Source: Candidatus Uhrbacteria bacterium
Lineage (GTDB): Bacteria > Patescibacteriota > Patescibacteriia > UBA9934
Length of the DNA stretch: 64,000 bases
NCBI GenBank assembly: GCA_943359525.1
Contig: CALRHV010000001.1
Location: 7,181 to 71,180 of the forward strand
Direction of reading: 5' to 3'
The notes beneath the pieces are model-generated. The model saw only the letters and a list, made by a program, of their open reading frames with translations. It did no database searches and was not told the DNA's origin. A program made the position numbers and the translations under genes. Shown piece by piece: positions 40,631 to 50,480 of the stretch. How positions within the stretch are numbered: position 1 is the stretch's first letter; each line of letters opens with the position of its first letter.

Positions 40631-40948
40631 ATGGCACGTTTGACTCCCCAGCAGAAGAAAAACCGCGAAGCGCTCCGCGCTCTCGGCCACAAGACTGTCG
40701 CAAGTGCAATTACCGAGATCCGTTCGGTGATGCCTCGCTTCAACATGCAACAGGGCTACCCGAAGGTGAAGGGTATCTGTCTGCCGCTCGCGGACATCGT
40801 ACTGTTTGTACGTGGTCAGAAGGTGCTCGAGTTCGATCACCAGACCGGCTTCGTCTCCGGAAACGCTCGCGATCGTGCGGCACGACTCTCACTCCCTCGC
40901 GAGGAGCGCTTCCCGAGCTTCACCGCACCCTGGCAGATCAGCAGCTAG
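40631..40948 (+). CDS. Hypothetical protein (105 aa)
   Basis: ORF with GAGG RBS, followed by a hairpin near 40990-41020. Confidence 0.7.
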   Translation: MARLTPQQKKNREALRALGHKTVASAITEIRSVMPRFNMQQGYPKVKGICLPLADIVLFVRGQKVLEFDHQTGFVSGNARDRAARLSLPREERFPSFTAPWQISS

Positions 40949-41025
40949 GGCACTACTCACGACGGATCGGCTTCGGTCGATCAACGAAACGGGACGGATC
41001 GCGAAGATCCGTCCCGTTCAACGTT

Positions 41026-42480
41026 TTAACTCAATGTACTCATGTCGAGCGTTTGGGTGAAATGGATTTGCGAAACGAATTCCGGTGCGTGACTCACCAT
41101 GATCACACAGCCTTGGTACTCGTCGATAGCTTTGGCGATAACCGGAAGATGCCGGAAATTGATGTGGTTTGTTGGTTCATCGAGAATCAACAGTCCTGGA
41201 GCTTGCAACACGAATCGCGCGAAGCAGAGCAAACCTTTCTGTCCCTCAGACAACGATCCGACCGTATTCTGGAGTACGGCACCGGTGAGCAAAAACTGCG
41301 ATGCAACCGCACGAAGCGTTTCGTTCGACTTTAACTCCATCACCGATGCAAGCGAGTCGTACGCGGTTTGTTCAAAATCGAGTCCGGAGAAATCTTGCTT
41401 GTAATACCCAACCTTCACACCAGGATCGATCGAAAGCCCTTCTGTCTTTCCCGCAGCCAATGCGCGGAGCAACGTACTCTTGCCGATACCGTTCGTTCCA
41501 GAAACGAGGAGCTTCTGACGGCGACGCAATTTGATGTGTACCTTTGCATCACGTGGTTCGTGATTCTTGATTACTTTCACCGATGACATCGTCACCATTG
41601 TTTCGATAAAATCCTGGGTTGGAATCGTAAAATCTTTAATGGTTCGATCATCGCGACGAACCTCCACCATATTCTCCTCCGCCTCTTCCGCTTGATCCTT
41701 CAACTTACTTGCGAGCTTACGCATTTTTCCACCCTTGTTCGCGAAGAAGTTCACTTTGTCTTTACGGTCTTGAATCTCCTTCAACAGCTGTGCGTTCTTC
41801 GCACGGTCCCGTTCAACACGAGCAGCGATCTCTTCGATCACATCAGAATAGTTTCCAACGTAAATATCCGTTTGATGACGGTAAACGTCCAGGTGCAACA
41901 CGCCTTCAGTAAATGCATTCAAGAAATCCGCATCGTGGGAAATAACGAGAACGGTTTTTGGGTACATCATCAAGAAACCAGTGAGGTGCTCAATACCGTC
42001 GTGGTCAAGGTTGTTTGTTGGCTCGTCAAGCAACAAGATGTCTGGGTTTTGAATCAACGCGTATGCAAGAAGCAATCGCGCCTGCTGACCACCAGAAAAC
42101 TCGCCGATGATCTTTTCGAGCGGCGCAACAAGGTTCACCGCTTCAAGAACTTCCGCGATGCGCCGATCAAGATCGTACGTAATTTCTGGAAACGCGTGAG
42201 CAAAGAAATCGCGTACGGATTCCGTGAGATGCTCGCGACTCATCACCTGACGGCCGATGGCGATCGTGGATCCTTTCTGAATGTGAATCTGCCCAGCGTC
42301 GGGCTTGATCTCCCCCAGAATCATTTTAAAAATCGTGCTCTTCCCAGCACCATTCTGGCCCATCACCGTAATTTTGCTGTTCTCACGAATCGAAAAATTT
42401 GCATCGTCAAGAATAGGATATTCCCCGTCGTAGGCGTATGACGTGTTTTCGAATCGAACAATGACGTTGCCGTGGTCCAT
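41026..42480 (-). CDS. ABC-F family ATP-binding protein (no C-terminal extension)
   Basis: GQNGAGKST/FSGGQ/LDEPTNNLD and GTNGIGKST/LSEGQ/LDEPTNH; start taken at MDHGN. Confidence 0.92.
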   Translation of the reverse strand: MDHGNVIVRFENTSYAYDGEYPILDDANFSIRENSKITVMGQNGAGKSTIFKMILGEIKPDAGQIHIQKGSTIAIGRQVMSREHLTESVRDFFAHAFPEITYDLDRRIAEVLEAVNLVAPLEKIIGEFSGGQQARLLLAYALIQNPDILLLDEPTNNLDHDGIEHLTGFLMMYPKTVLVISHDADFLNAFTEGVLHLDVYRHQTDIYVGNYSDVIEEIAARVERDRAKNAQLLKEIQDRKDKVNFFANKGGKMRKLASKLKDQAEEAEENMVEVRRDDRTIKDFTIPTQDFIETMVTMSSVKVIKNHEPRDAKVHIKLRRRQKLLVSGTNGIGKSTLLRALAAGKTEGLSIDPGVKVGYYKQDFSGLDFEQTAYDSLASVMELKSNETLRAVASQFLLTGAVLQNTVGSLSEGQKGLLCFARFVLQAPGLLILDEPTNHINFRHLPVIAKAIDEYQGCVIMVSHAPEFVSQIHFTQTLDMSTLS

Positions 42481-42488
42481 AGAAGAAA

Positions 42489-43385
42489 TTATCGAACCGG
42501 AACTCCACTCGCTGCGCCAACCATACAGTCGTCCGTACACCAGATTCCCTTTGAGTGTTTTGCGCAGTTGAAACAGATGAGCAATTGTTTGTGACAATCG
42601 TTCCATGCGCAGTTTCCGAAACGCTCCGTTTTGGAGGAGCACGATGTACATTCACCAATCACCATATACTTTGTTGTAAATTGCTCCGTCATGCGTCCGT
42701 CAAAGACGTACAGGGATCCTAAAAAGTCTTCGCCGGGAAACTGCTTCATGTACGTGCCGATACCGCCGTTGAGTTGATAGACGTCTTCGAATCCTTCTTG
42801 CTTGAGGAATCCCGACGCTTTCTCACATCGCACGCCGTACGTACACACCGTGAGCACTTTTTTCTTTTTCAATCCTTCAAACTTTGCAGCAATAGTCGGC
42901 AAGTCTCGGAAGTTCCCCATTGTACTATTTTTCGAACCCGCAAAGTGGCCTACAGCGTACTCGTAATCGTTGCGCATGTCGATGATTTCAAAGTCTTCGC
43001 CGTTTGCAATCCACTGTTTCAGCTCGGCAGCATCGATGTGCTTTCCGGTAATGACATTCGGGTCGATATCCTGATCCTTCAATAACCCAGTCGCGACGAT
43101 TTCCGATCGGAGCTTCACAACAAGCTTCTTGAACGCCTCGCCCGTTCCAGGACTCGATTTGAACCAGAGGCCCGCAAATTCTGGCCGAGCGTGCATCCGT
43201 GCCTCGTACTCAGCAATGACTTCCACCGATCCTTCGAGGGTACCGTTGATTCCCTCGGCCGCAATGAGGATTCGACCGAGCAGGCCAAGCTCCTCACACG
43301 TGTTTCGCTGCCACGTCACAAACGCCGCAGGATCCGCAATCCGCGTGTATTTGTAGAAGATTATGATTTCAGTCAGCGATGACAT
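42489..43385 (-). CDS. trhO: Rhodanese-domain tRNA hydroxylase family (TrhO/YceA)
   Basis: 'FYKY', 'GRILIAAEGINGT', 'DMRNDYEYAVGHF', 'CTYGVRCEKAS', 'YVFDGR'. Confidence 0.88.
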   Translation of the reverse strand: MSSLTEIIIFYKYTRIADPAAFVTWQRNTCEELGLLGRILIAAEGINGTLEGSVEVIAEYEARMHARPEFAGLWFKSSPGTGEAFKKLVVKLRSEIVATGLLKDQDIDPNVITGKHIDAAELKQWIANGEDFEIIDMRNDYEYAVGHFAGSKNSTMGNFRDLPTIAAKFEGLKKKKVLTVCTYGVRCEKASGFLKQEGFEDVYQLNGGIGTYMKQFPGEDFLGSLYVFDGRMTEQFTTKYMVIGECTSCSSKTERFGNCAWNDCHKQLLICFNCAKHSKGIWCTDDCMVGAASGVPVR

Positions 43386-43464
43386 ATTCGGCAGAAGTGT
43401 ACCGGGAAAGTTGAAAGAAATCAAAAAAACTGCTAGTGTTTGCGAATACTTCTCATCAATCAAT

Positions 43465-44262
43465 ATGTTTATCTCCATCATTACGGACTGCCAGGACGGC
43501 AACGCGCAGGTTAGACAGCAAACGCGGTATAGCGTGCTGTTTCCTGGGGTTCCGTCGAGCTTTACAGGCGCCTTCTCTGATATCGAAGCTGCCGGGAATC
43601 TTATCGACGTCCTCGACGCTTCGGACGATGAGGAAGGCATTATCGCGGTCAACGTAGCCCCACGGCATGGCGCCGCACGAAAATGGCCAAACGGTACACC
43701 ATTTGGGTATCTCTGGGTTGGGAAAATTCTCGTGGTCTGCACCATCGACGGCGAGGTGCTGTCTCTCTTGAAGAAATTTGGTCTTGCAGATCATGTGAAC
43801 GTGACCGACATTCGTACCGTCCTTACATTCGGAGGCTACGCTCAAGAAATCATCGACCGTGCGGCAACGTCGCAGTTCCGTAGCTTTGACTATCTTCCTC
43901 GCCTTGCACGAATCGTGTGGGACAAAAAAGATGCTCCATCGGAGAAGCTTATGTTCACCGATATTCCAAACGCTGCTCTGGACGTATGGCGCATCGATTC
44001 CTTCGGCAACTGCAAAACAACATTGCTCGCTGAAGACATTGCATTCGAAGAAGGTGCAGAACGTGAAATTATCTTGAACGGCCTCGCGATTAAAGCAACG
44101 TGCTACAAGCAGCTTCGCACCGTTCCGAACTATCAAACTGGGTTAACCATGGGAAGCTCGGGCTACGGCGCAAAGCGATTCCTCGAACTCGTCGTTCAAG
44201 GATCGAGCGCGGCAAAGCATTACAACATTACACAGAAAGATACATTTCAGATCGCAAAATAA
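43465..44262 (+). CDS. SAM hydroxide adenosyltransferase / DUF62-like protein
   Basis: 'IITD', 'VNVAP', 'QFRSFD', 'IDSFGNCKT', 'GSSGYG...LELVVQGSSAA'. Confidence 0.75.
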   Translation: MFISIITDCQDGNAQVRQQTRYSVLFPGVPSSFTGAFSDIEAAGNLIDVLDASDDEEGIIAVNVAPRHGAARKWPNGTPFGYLWVGKILVVCTIDGEVLSLLKKFGLADHVNVTDIRTVLTFGGYAQEIIDRAATSQFRSFDYLPRLARIVWDKKDAPSEKLMFTDIPNAALDVWRIDSFGNCKTTLLAEDIAFEEGAEREIILNGLAIKATCYKQLRTVPNYQTGLTMGSSGYGAKRFLELVVQGSSAAKHYNITQKDTFQIAK

Positions 44263-44274
44263 CTCCCCATTTTC

Positions 44275-45210
44275 CTATCTCACTGCCGGGTAGAGATCTG
44301 GATCGATGGTTCGCTCGAAGCACGTTCGGCCAACGCCATGTGTCCAATTCTCATCGAAACGATTGTAGCCATCGTAATACGGTATCGCCTTGATAACGCT
44401 ACTGCCGTTGCTCACCGATTCGGCTTCGAATGTTGCACACAGTTCAAACGTTAATGGAGATTTCACGGTGTATTCGAACGCGGCGCCACCGTTTGGATCT
44501 ACCGGCACGGAATACCCGATCAACGAGTTCGTGAGGTCTTCTAACTTTGCAGGAAGTGCTTGCTTAATGGAGTAATAGTTCGTGATCTGACTTTGGATGG
44601 TCGAGAGCTGCGATACACGCTGATCATCGAACCGCACCTTGCGCTGCTGTGCTGGTGAACCAACAAGGAGGAAACCGAGAACGATCATCGCAGCAACCAC
44701 GATCGATGCGGCGATCGCCGTCTTCTTTGGAACCGTGGACTTCCCGAGAGATTCTGTGCGCAAGTCCCAGAAGTAATACGCGAACACGGCAGCGGCCGTT
44801 GCGAGGACGACAAAAATCTTGAGGATGAATCGTGTCGTGATTTCACCGTTCAAGAAGTAGTTCACCAAGGTGATGAGATCGACGACAATCGTAATTGCCG
44901 TCACGAAAAGTGTGAGATAGAGCAACCACTTGCGAATACCAATCTCGCGCTTCTCGGAATCTGCTTTTGCGTCCTTGTGCATGAACCACGAAATTCCCAC
45001 GAACGCTGGCCACATCACAATGAGGCTTGCCATGCCACCACGAATCGCATCGAGTGCGCCGGTGTAGTAGAAGCTCAACGCATCAGGAAACGTGACGTCG
45101 ATGTACTGAAAACCGAGGATGATGAATGACACAACGGAGACGTACAGCGTCACAATAGCGAACAAATGCGAGAACACGTCTCTTGCCGTTGAGCGTGGAA
45201 GTGCCTTCAT
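44275..45210 (-). CDS. DUF5671-like membrane protein
   Basis: Multi-TM; 'IRKWLLYLTLF', 'FLNGEITTRF', 'FELCATF'. Confidence 0.75.
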   Translation of the reverse strand: MKALPRSTARDVFSHLFAIVTLYVSVVSFIILGFQYIDVTFPDALSFYYTGALDAIRGGMASLIVMWPAFVGISWFMHKDAKADSEKREIGIRKWLLYLTLFVTAITIVVDLITLVNYFLNGEITTRFILKIFVVLATAAAVFAYYFWDLRTESLGKSTVPKKTAIAASIVVAAMIVLGFLLVGSPAQQRKVRFDDQRVSQLSTIQSQITNYYSIKQALPAKLEDLTNSLIGYSVPVDPNGGAAFEYTVKSPLTFELCATFEAESVSNGSSVIKAIPYYDGYNRFDENWTHGVGRTCFERTIDPDLYPAVR

Positions 45211-45274
45211 ATGGAAAGATTATTATGACTTGAGCATAACACAAAGCCGCCATTTTAGGCGGCTTTGTGGAATT

Positions 45275-45652
45275 TTATCCTTCGTCTGCGTCTAGCAACT
45301 CGAGAATCTGGTCGAGCTTGCGTTCAATAGCGGCAAGACGCGAGCTATCATTACCGGCTGGGCGCTCAGAACGATCTGAATACGAAGGCTTACGGTCGAA
45401 CGCCGGACGACGATCGTCGCGGTCGTTGCCAAAGGATGGGCCGTCGGTACGGAAACAGTCGCGGCACTTTACCGCGCGTCCTTCACTTGGGAAGAACGGT
45501 ACCTGACATGGCTTTCGGCACTCGCTACACACAGCATCGTGAAGCTCACGAGGTGCAGGACGGCCGGCACCGGCACGGTTCCAGGTGCCACGATCATTGG
45601 ACTTTCGGTCGCTTGAACCACCAGAACGCTGACTTTGGTATTTGTTGTACAT
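45275..45652 (-). CDS. CxxC-x17-CxxC domain protein
   Basis: 'HDAVCSECRKPCQVPFFPSEGRAVKCRDCF'; C-terminal 'IERKLDQIL'. Confidence 0.85.
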   Translation of the reverse strand: MYNKYQSQRSGGSSDRKSNDRGTWNRAGAGRPAPRELHDAVCSECRKPCQVPFFPSEGRAVKCRDCFRTDGPSFGNDRDDRRPAFDRKPSYSDRSERPAGNDSSRLAAIERKLDQILELLDADEG

Positions 45653-45695
45653 ATGATTCCGCGAATGTTAGCAGAAAAAGTGGGATAGCGCAAGC

Positions 45696-46754
45696 TTATT
45701 CCCCCGTTACCACCGTAAATGTCATTCGCCCGAGGACCTGCCCCGTCGTCGTCTCCACGCTTACACGCCACTTTCCTGCGGCCAAGGAAGAGACCATGGA
45801 GTAGCCACGGTAGCCGTCTGGTCTGCCGCCGCTGATCTGAAATGGAAGCTCGTGCTCCGTTTCCCAGCGATGCGCGTCGGTATCGTATCGTTGCCATACG
45901 TGAACAATTGTGGCCGTGAGATCATCGGGAGCATAAATCGCCGTGTACGCGTAAAGCGCGTCGCCGGGAGTGACGAGAATCGTTTCACCAAAAAAGAGTG
46001 TATCGAGCCAGGATTCTTCCGGTGTAACGAGAACGTAATCCGACGTCACACTGTACGCCATCGTTGCGTCGCGGAGCGCGAGAGGAATCGGCGGAATAAT
46101 GTTCAAGAAGTAACACGTGTTCATGAACACAAACACGCCGGCGATAACAAGCCACATTCGTACACGATCCTTGTACAGATCACCGAGATTGATGAGAAGC
46201 GCCAACAGCAACGTCATCACAATCATGCTCGCCAAACCTCCAGCTAAAAACACCGGCCAGCTCAAGGATGCGAAGAGGTGCGCGAACCAAATTGCGAACA
46301 ACGAGAACAATGCAAAATACAGCATGCCAATCTGTACTAGCGGTCGAAGAACAATGTGCCGAAGTGTTTCGTTCGAGATCATGAGTATCGCCACAAGCGC
46401 GATCAGCGGCCACGTCACGGAAAACGTTCCGCTAAACCAGTAGAACAACAATGCGGTGCTGAGCAGTCCTCCCATCGCAAACTGCTGTGCGAACGGCGCA
46501 ACGAGCTTGATGTAGCGTAACTTTGGCACTTCTTCGGCGCGTTTGTACGCGGTAAGCGCCATTGATCCCATTACCACCGCAACGTACACGCTCATAACAA
46601 TAAACTTCTCACGCAAATCCAACACACGGAACTGCCACACATCAAACGCAGTTCCCATTAAAAGCATCGTCGGCATGAACCATCGTTCATATCGACTCAA
46701 AAATTCACGAACTCGCTTATATGTTTGCAACGCTTGCCGCGACCCCAAAATCAT
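45696..46754 (-). CDS. DUF2914-like membrane protein
   Basis: Multi-TM N-terminus; C-terminal 'AIYAP..IVHVW..GGRPDGYRGYS..GKWRVSVET'. Confidence 0.75.
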   Translation of the reverse strand: MILGSRQALQTYKRVREFLSRYERWFMPTMLLMGTAFDVWQFRVLDLREKFIVMSVYVAVVMGSMALTAYKRAEEVPKLRYIKLVAPFAQQFAMGGLLSTALLFYWFSGTFSVTWPLIALVAILMISNETLRHIVLRPLVQIGMLYFALFSLFAIWFAHLFASLSWPVFLAGGLASMIVMTLLLALLINLGDLYKDRVRMWLVIAGVFVFMNTCYFLNIIPPIPLALRDATMAYSVTSDYVLVTPEESWLDTLFFGETILVTPGDALYAYTAIYAPDDLTATIVHVWQRYDTDAHRWETEHELPFQISGGRPDGYRGYSMVSSLAAGKWRVSVETTTGQVLGRMTFTVVTGE

Positions 46755-46803
46755 AGAAGTATGCGCTGAGCATACCATCGAAAGAAAAACGAAAACACCG
46801 TGA

Positions 46804-46953
46804 TTACATAATCTTCTCTCCGCGAATCACACGGATGAGCACGACAATGATTGCAAGCACAAGGAGCAAGTGAATGAACCCGCCCAACGTATACGACGAC
46901 ACCAGCCCCAAGAACCAAAGCACAAGAAGAATCACAGCGATGGTCCACAACAT
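46804..46953 (-). CDS. lmo0937-family small membrane protein (49 aa; not in the ORF track)
   Basis: MLWTIAVILLVLWFLGLVSSYTLGGFIHLLLVLAIIVVLIRVIRGEKIM*. Confidence 0.85.
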   Translation of the reverse strand: MLWTIAVILLVLWFLGLVSSYTLGGFIHLLLVLAIIVVLIRVIRGEKIM

Positions 46954-47008
46954 AGGAATAGTGTTACCTCACAAGATTCCGCATAGACGATCATGCAATC
47001 ACCATGCG

Positions 47009-47605
47009 CTACAACCCACAATAAAGCAACAAGGTGTTAAATTTGTATTTCCACATCTCGACACGAGAAAGATGTTGATCGAACACCGGAAGAAGACTCA
47101 AAGACACAAATGCGTTCAGCAAACAATATCCATTCGGCGCAACCACGCTTGCAATAGCCTTCACCATCGGGTGATCTCCGAGCTGTTTTGGTGTTTCATT
47201 TCCTTTAAAAAGATCGACGATGACAAGATCGAACTTCACTGCCATTGCCGGAACAAGAGCGGTTGCGTCACCTTCGAGGATAGTGATCGGTTCGTTATTC
47301 GGATTGAGCTCGTAATACAGCCCGATCATCGCCGGATCCCATTCGATGACGGTTATCACGCAATCATGAAATCGCTTCTGGAGTTCGCGAACGGCTGACC
47401 CTCCCCCAAGACCGAGCATGAGTACGGTTTTGATTGGAACCGAGCGAGGAACGTGCTTCAGCGCCTTCCGCCACATTCGCTGAATATAGCCCGAGGATTG
47501 ATGGAATCCGCCAACAAACACATCGGATTTCCCAAAAGTTGAGCAGACGACAATCTTCCCATTCTTTTCCGACGTCATCGTCTTTTGGTTGAAGATATTC
47601 CACAT
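47009..47605 (-). CDS. Spermidine-synthase-like SAM-dependent methyltransferase
   Basis: 'VLMLGLGGGS', 'VIEWDP', 'GDA', 'FDLVIVDLF'. Confidence 0.8.
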   Translation of the reverse strand: MWNIFNQKTMTSEKNGKIVVCSTFGKSDVFVGGFHQSSGYIQRMWRKALKHVPRSVPIKTVLMLGLGGGSAVRELQKRFHDCVITVIEWDPAMIGLYYELNPNNEPITILEGDATALVPAMAVKFDLVIVDLFKGNETPKQLGDHPMVKAIASVVAPNGYCLLNAFVSLSLLPVFDQHLSRVEMWKYKFNTLLLYCGL

Positions 47606-47648
47606 ACGCGGTACAGAATAACACTTTTATGCTACACTCGCCCCTTCT

Positions 47649-48323
47649 ATGATCTCTGCGTCTTTTTTCACGGCAACCACCAAGCTCTCGGATCTTCCCA
47701 TTGATGCCAAACCGCACATCGCGATGGTTGGGCGTTCCAACGTGGGAAAGTCATCGATGATCAACCATCTTACCGGGCAAAAGAAGCTCGCTCGCGTCAG
47801 CTCTGATCCTGGCCGCACACAAACCATCAACCTCTATACTATTGCCGATCGCTTCTATCTCGTCGATCTTCCCGGCTACGGATACGCACAAACATCAAAA
47901 GAAAAGCGTGTCATGTTTGCGGAAATGATCCACGAATATCTGTTGCTCACGCCGCAGCTTCGGCTCGTCCTGCTCATCATCGACGCACGTATTCCTCCAA
48001 CAGACCTTGATGCCGACATGGCTGCGTGGCTGCAAGACAACGGCATCCCGTTCGTCGTCATCACAAACAAAATGGATAAGCTCTCAACATCGGAAGCTTC
48101 AAAGCTTCATCACGCACTTGAGATGAAATATCCTGGTATCCGTCAGATTGAGCACTCCATCACTTCTGGACGAAATCGTAATGAAGTGTGGGGCGCGATT
48201 GAAGCAGCGACACGAACTCCGCCGCGAGATATGACTATTACTGGAGAACTCTCTTGGACTGCACCGTCGTTCAATGGAGATCTTACAACGCCAGAACCAG
48301 AAACGAACGAACACGTTGAGTAA
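47649..48323 (+). CDS. engB: Ribosome biogenesis GTPase YihA/YsxC
   Basis: 'GRSNVGKSS', 'PGRTQ', 'DLPGYGYA', 'NKMDK'. Confidence 0.95.
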   Translation: MISASFFTATTKLSDLPIDAKPHIAMVGRSNVGKSSMINHLTGQKKLARVSSDPGRTQTINLYTIADRFYLVDLPGYGYAQTSKEKRVMFAEMIHEYLLLTPQLRLVLLIIDARIPPTDLDADMAAWLQDNGIPFVVITNKMDKLSTSEASKLHHALEMKYPGIRQIEHSITSGRNRNEVWGAIEAATRTPPRDMTITGELSWTAPSFNGDLTTPEPETNEHVE

Positions 48324-48328
48324 CGCGA

Positions 48329-49084
48329 CTATACAGAAATCCATGTCGGTTCGTACGCTAGCCGTCCATTCTCGATGTCGAAGCGACGAAACGCGCGGAG
48401 CGAGGTGGACGAACCAGCGTTGGAGATTGTGAGCGGTCGTTGGGCGTACGGGAAAATAATTTCCGACGGAACATGACGATGGCCGTGAAGCACAAGGTCG
48501 CAATGGCCTTTTATTTTCTCCAGAAGTCGCGAGCCGTAAGAAAGATTTTCAGCGAACGGAAGAGAGAACCAGGATGAAATGTGTTCAATAAGGAGCTCTG
48601 CAGGAAGCGGCAACGGATGATGATGGAGCGCGACGATGACGAAAGTGTTTTCTGGAATTTGCGTAAGAAGTCGATCTACCTCATTGAGCATCGCCGAGGA
48701 AATGTTTCCGTGACTCGCGAACCTGATACGGTTGTACCAAATCGTTGTATCGATGCGAAGTACCGCGATCTCATCGCGTATAACAAGGCTCACTCGTGCA
48801 CCGTCCATCATGCGATTGGAAATATTCGCTCGAGAACGGTCGTGATTTCCCGGAAGAAGAATGACCGAACGATCTCTGCGGAGATCTGAGGTGATCGAAA
48901 GAAACTCCTCGAACTCTGCAACACTCCCCCGATTCGTGATATCTCCAGTAACGATCACTGTTCCGATATCGCTTGCCAGAATCGCGTCGCAAATCTCTTT
49001 GAATGCCAACGAGCGCTCGGGCAAGGAGTCGATGTGCAGATCGGAAATATGAGCGACGGAATGCAGATGGGGATATTCTAGCAC
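48329..49084 (-). CDS. Calcineurin-like metallophosphoesterase
   Basis: 'HISDLH', 'TGDIT', 'PGNHD', 'HHHP', 'LHGHRH'; start uncertain (the ORF extends to 49246 through repeat DNA). Confidence 0.85.
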   Translation of the reverse strand: MLEYPHLHSVAHISDLHIDSLPERSLAFKEICDAILASDIGTVIVTGDITNRGSVAEFEEFLSITSDLRRDRSVILLPGNHDRSRANISNRMMDGARVSLVIRDEIAVLRIDTTIWYNRIRFASHGNISSAMLNEVDRLLTQIPENTFVIVALHHHPLPLPAELLIEHISSWFSLPFAENLSYGSRLLEKIKGHCDLVLHGHRHVPSEIIFPYAQRPLTISNAGSSTSLRAFRRFDIENGRLAYEPTWISV

Positions 49085-49092
49085 TCCTCCGC

Positions 49093-49368
49093 CTGAACTG
49101 AAGTGAGCTGATCTTGGAGTGGGTTGGGATGGGGGCTCGTCATTGCGAGGAGGGTAATCCCGACGCGGCAATCTAGAGAATTTTGCATCATCGGCGTCAT
49201 CGGGGTGGTCGATTTCGTGATATCCTCGATGTGCGGTCCACCGCACATTTCGTTCATCAATTCATTGGGCTTTTTGCAAATAAAATGTGCGGTGGACCGC
49301 ACATGCTCAAAACCGGAAATCGAGCACTCCGATCGCAACACGAGGATTGCCGATTAAGATTCATTTTC
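49093..49368 (+). repeat. Intergenic TIR/twin-palindrome element, copy E3 (contains a REP insertion at 49138-49174; right end truncated)
   Basis: Left TIR CTGAACTG..CTGATCTTGGAGTGGGTTGGGA; palindromes at 49229-49248 and 49285-49304; spacer and flank homologous to E1/E2 in reverse orientation. Confidence 0.8.
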
Positions 49369-49374
49369 TTTTCT

Positions 49375-49590
49375 ATGAAACAACCAAAATTTATTTCGCA
49401 CCTCTATTCCTTTCGGATCGTTGAACCGATCTCACAGTTCGATCTCGCAAAAGAACTCGGAATCCGCAGGCAAACGCTCGCCGCCATCGAAAAAGGTACA
49501 GCTCAGCCTTCGCTACTCACTGCCTTCCGCCTCGCAAAATATTTCAAAACCCCAATTGAAAACCTTTTTTCTTTCAAAGACCGTCCGTAG
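49375..49590 (+). CDS. XRE/Cro-type HTH transcriptional regulator (71 aa)
   Basis: 'SQFDLAKELGIRRQTLAAIEKGTAQPSL..AFRLAKYF..PIENLF'. Confidence 0.88.
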   Translation: MKQPKFISHLYSFRIVEPISQFDLAKELGIRRQTLAAIEKGTAQPSLLTAFRLAKYFKTPIENLFSFKDRP

Positions 49591-49642
49591 CGTTCTGTAC
49601 AATTTCCCATTTTTCTGCTATCCTTCGCGGTTATTTTCTTCT

Positions 49643-50047
49643 ATGGCCTACATGCCCCGCAAAACCGCCTTCACCGTTGTACCGCGCAAAAGCGCTGCGG
49701 GTTTAGGCGTATTTACCAACGTTGCTATTCCCAAGCGTCGGTTCATTATTGAATACTGGGGCGACATCGTGACGGAAGACCAAGCAAACCGCATTGCCGG
49801 AAAGTATCTTTTCGAAATTGGCAACGGCAAAACCATCAACGGCACCACGCGCAAAAACATCGCACGCTATATCAACCACTCTTGTCGTCCAAACTGCGAG
49901 GTGGAGGTAAAGGGCAACAAAGTGTTTGTATTCTCAAAACGCGCTATCAAGCCCGGCGAAGAGTTGTGCTACAACTACGGCCGCGAATATTTCACCCATT
50001 TCATCAAACCACACGGCTGCCGCTGCGCGAAGCACACTTCTGCCTAA
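49643..50047 (+). CDS. SET domain protein-lysine methyltransferase
   Basis: 'GLGVF', 'IIEYWG', 'ARYINHSCRPN', 'EELCYNY', post-SET 'CRC'. Confidence 0.9.
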   Translation: MAYMPRKTAFTVVPRKSAAGLGVFTNVAIPKRRFIIEYWGDIVTEDQANRIAGKYLFEIGNGKTINGTTRKNIARYINHSCRPNCEVEVKGNKVFVFSKRAIKPGEELCYNYGREYFTHFIKPHGCRCAKHTSA

Positions 50048-50385
50048 GTTCGCAGATTTCGAAACACGATAAAGGAGATGTCACGGACCAGCTCGCCACG
50101 GTCCTCGGATTCCATTGCATCAAAAAATCCCTGGCGAATCCCGTCACGATGACTGAGGTCCGAAAGAATACGTTTCGCGATTGGCTGTGGCTTGTCGAAA
50201 ATTGTGGAATCGGCAACCACAGTCCCAACAATATGCTCGAGTGACTTTTGAATCGTGACAATCTCCGACGCGCTGATTGCTGAATATTCCTCGTGAAATT
50301 CAGGAAACGTATTCAAGAATTCCAACACAGCACTAATAATCATCTGACTTCGTTCCTGCGGTGATCGTTCGACGGGTTTTGCCAT
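50044..50385 (-). CDS. Hypothetical protein
   Basis: 113-aa ORF with ATG start, filling the gap between neighbours. Confidence 0.6.
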   Translation of the reverse strand: MAKPVERSPQERSQMIISAVLEFLNTFPEFHEEYSAISASEIVTIQKSLEHIVGTVVADSTIFDKPQPIAKRILSDLSHRDGIRQGFFDAMESEDRGELVRDISFIVFRNLRT

Positions 50386-50480
50386 AGATTATTTCGTGGA
50401 CGGTATCATCTTTTCCTCCGCATCAGCAACAATGGACTCTACATACAAAACCTCAAGTTCGCATGTACACTGTGAATACT

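Noticed and set aside
49085-49246. N-terminal extension of the metallophosphoesterase
   Set aside because: It is a read-through of element E3 and a REP ('RLPRRDYPPRND'), so probably not part of the native protein
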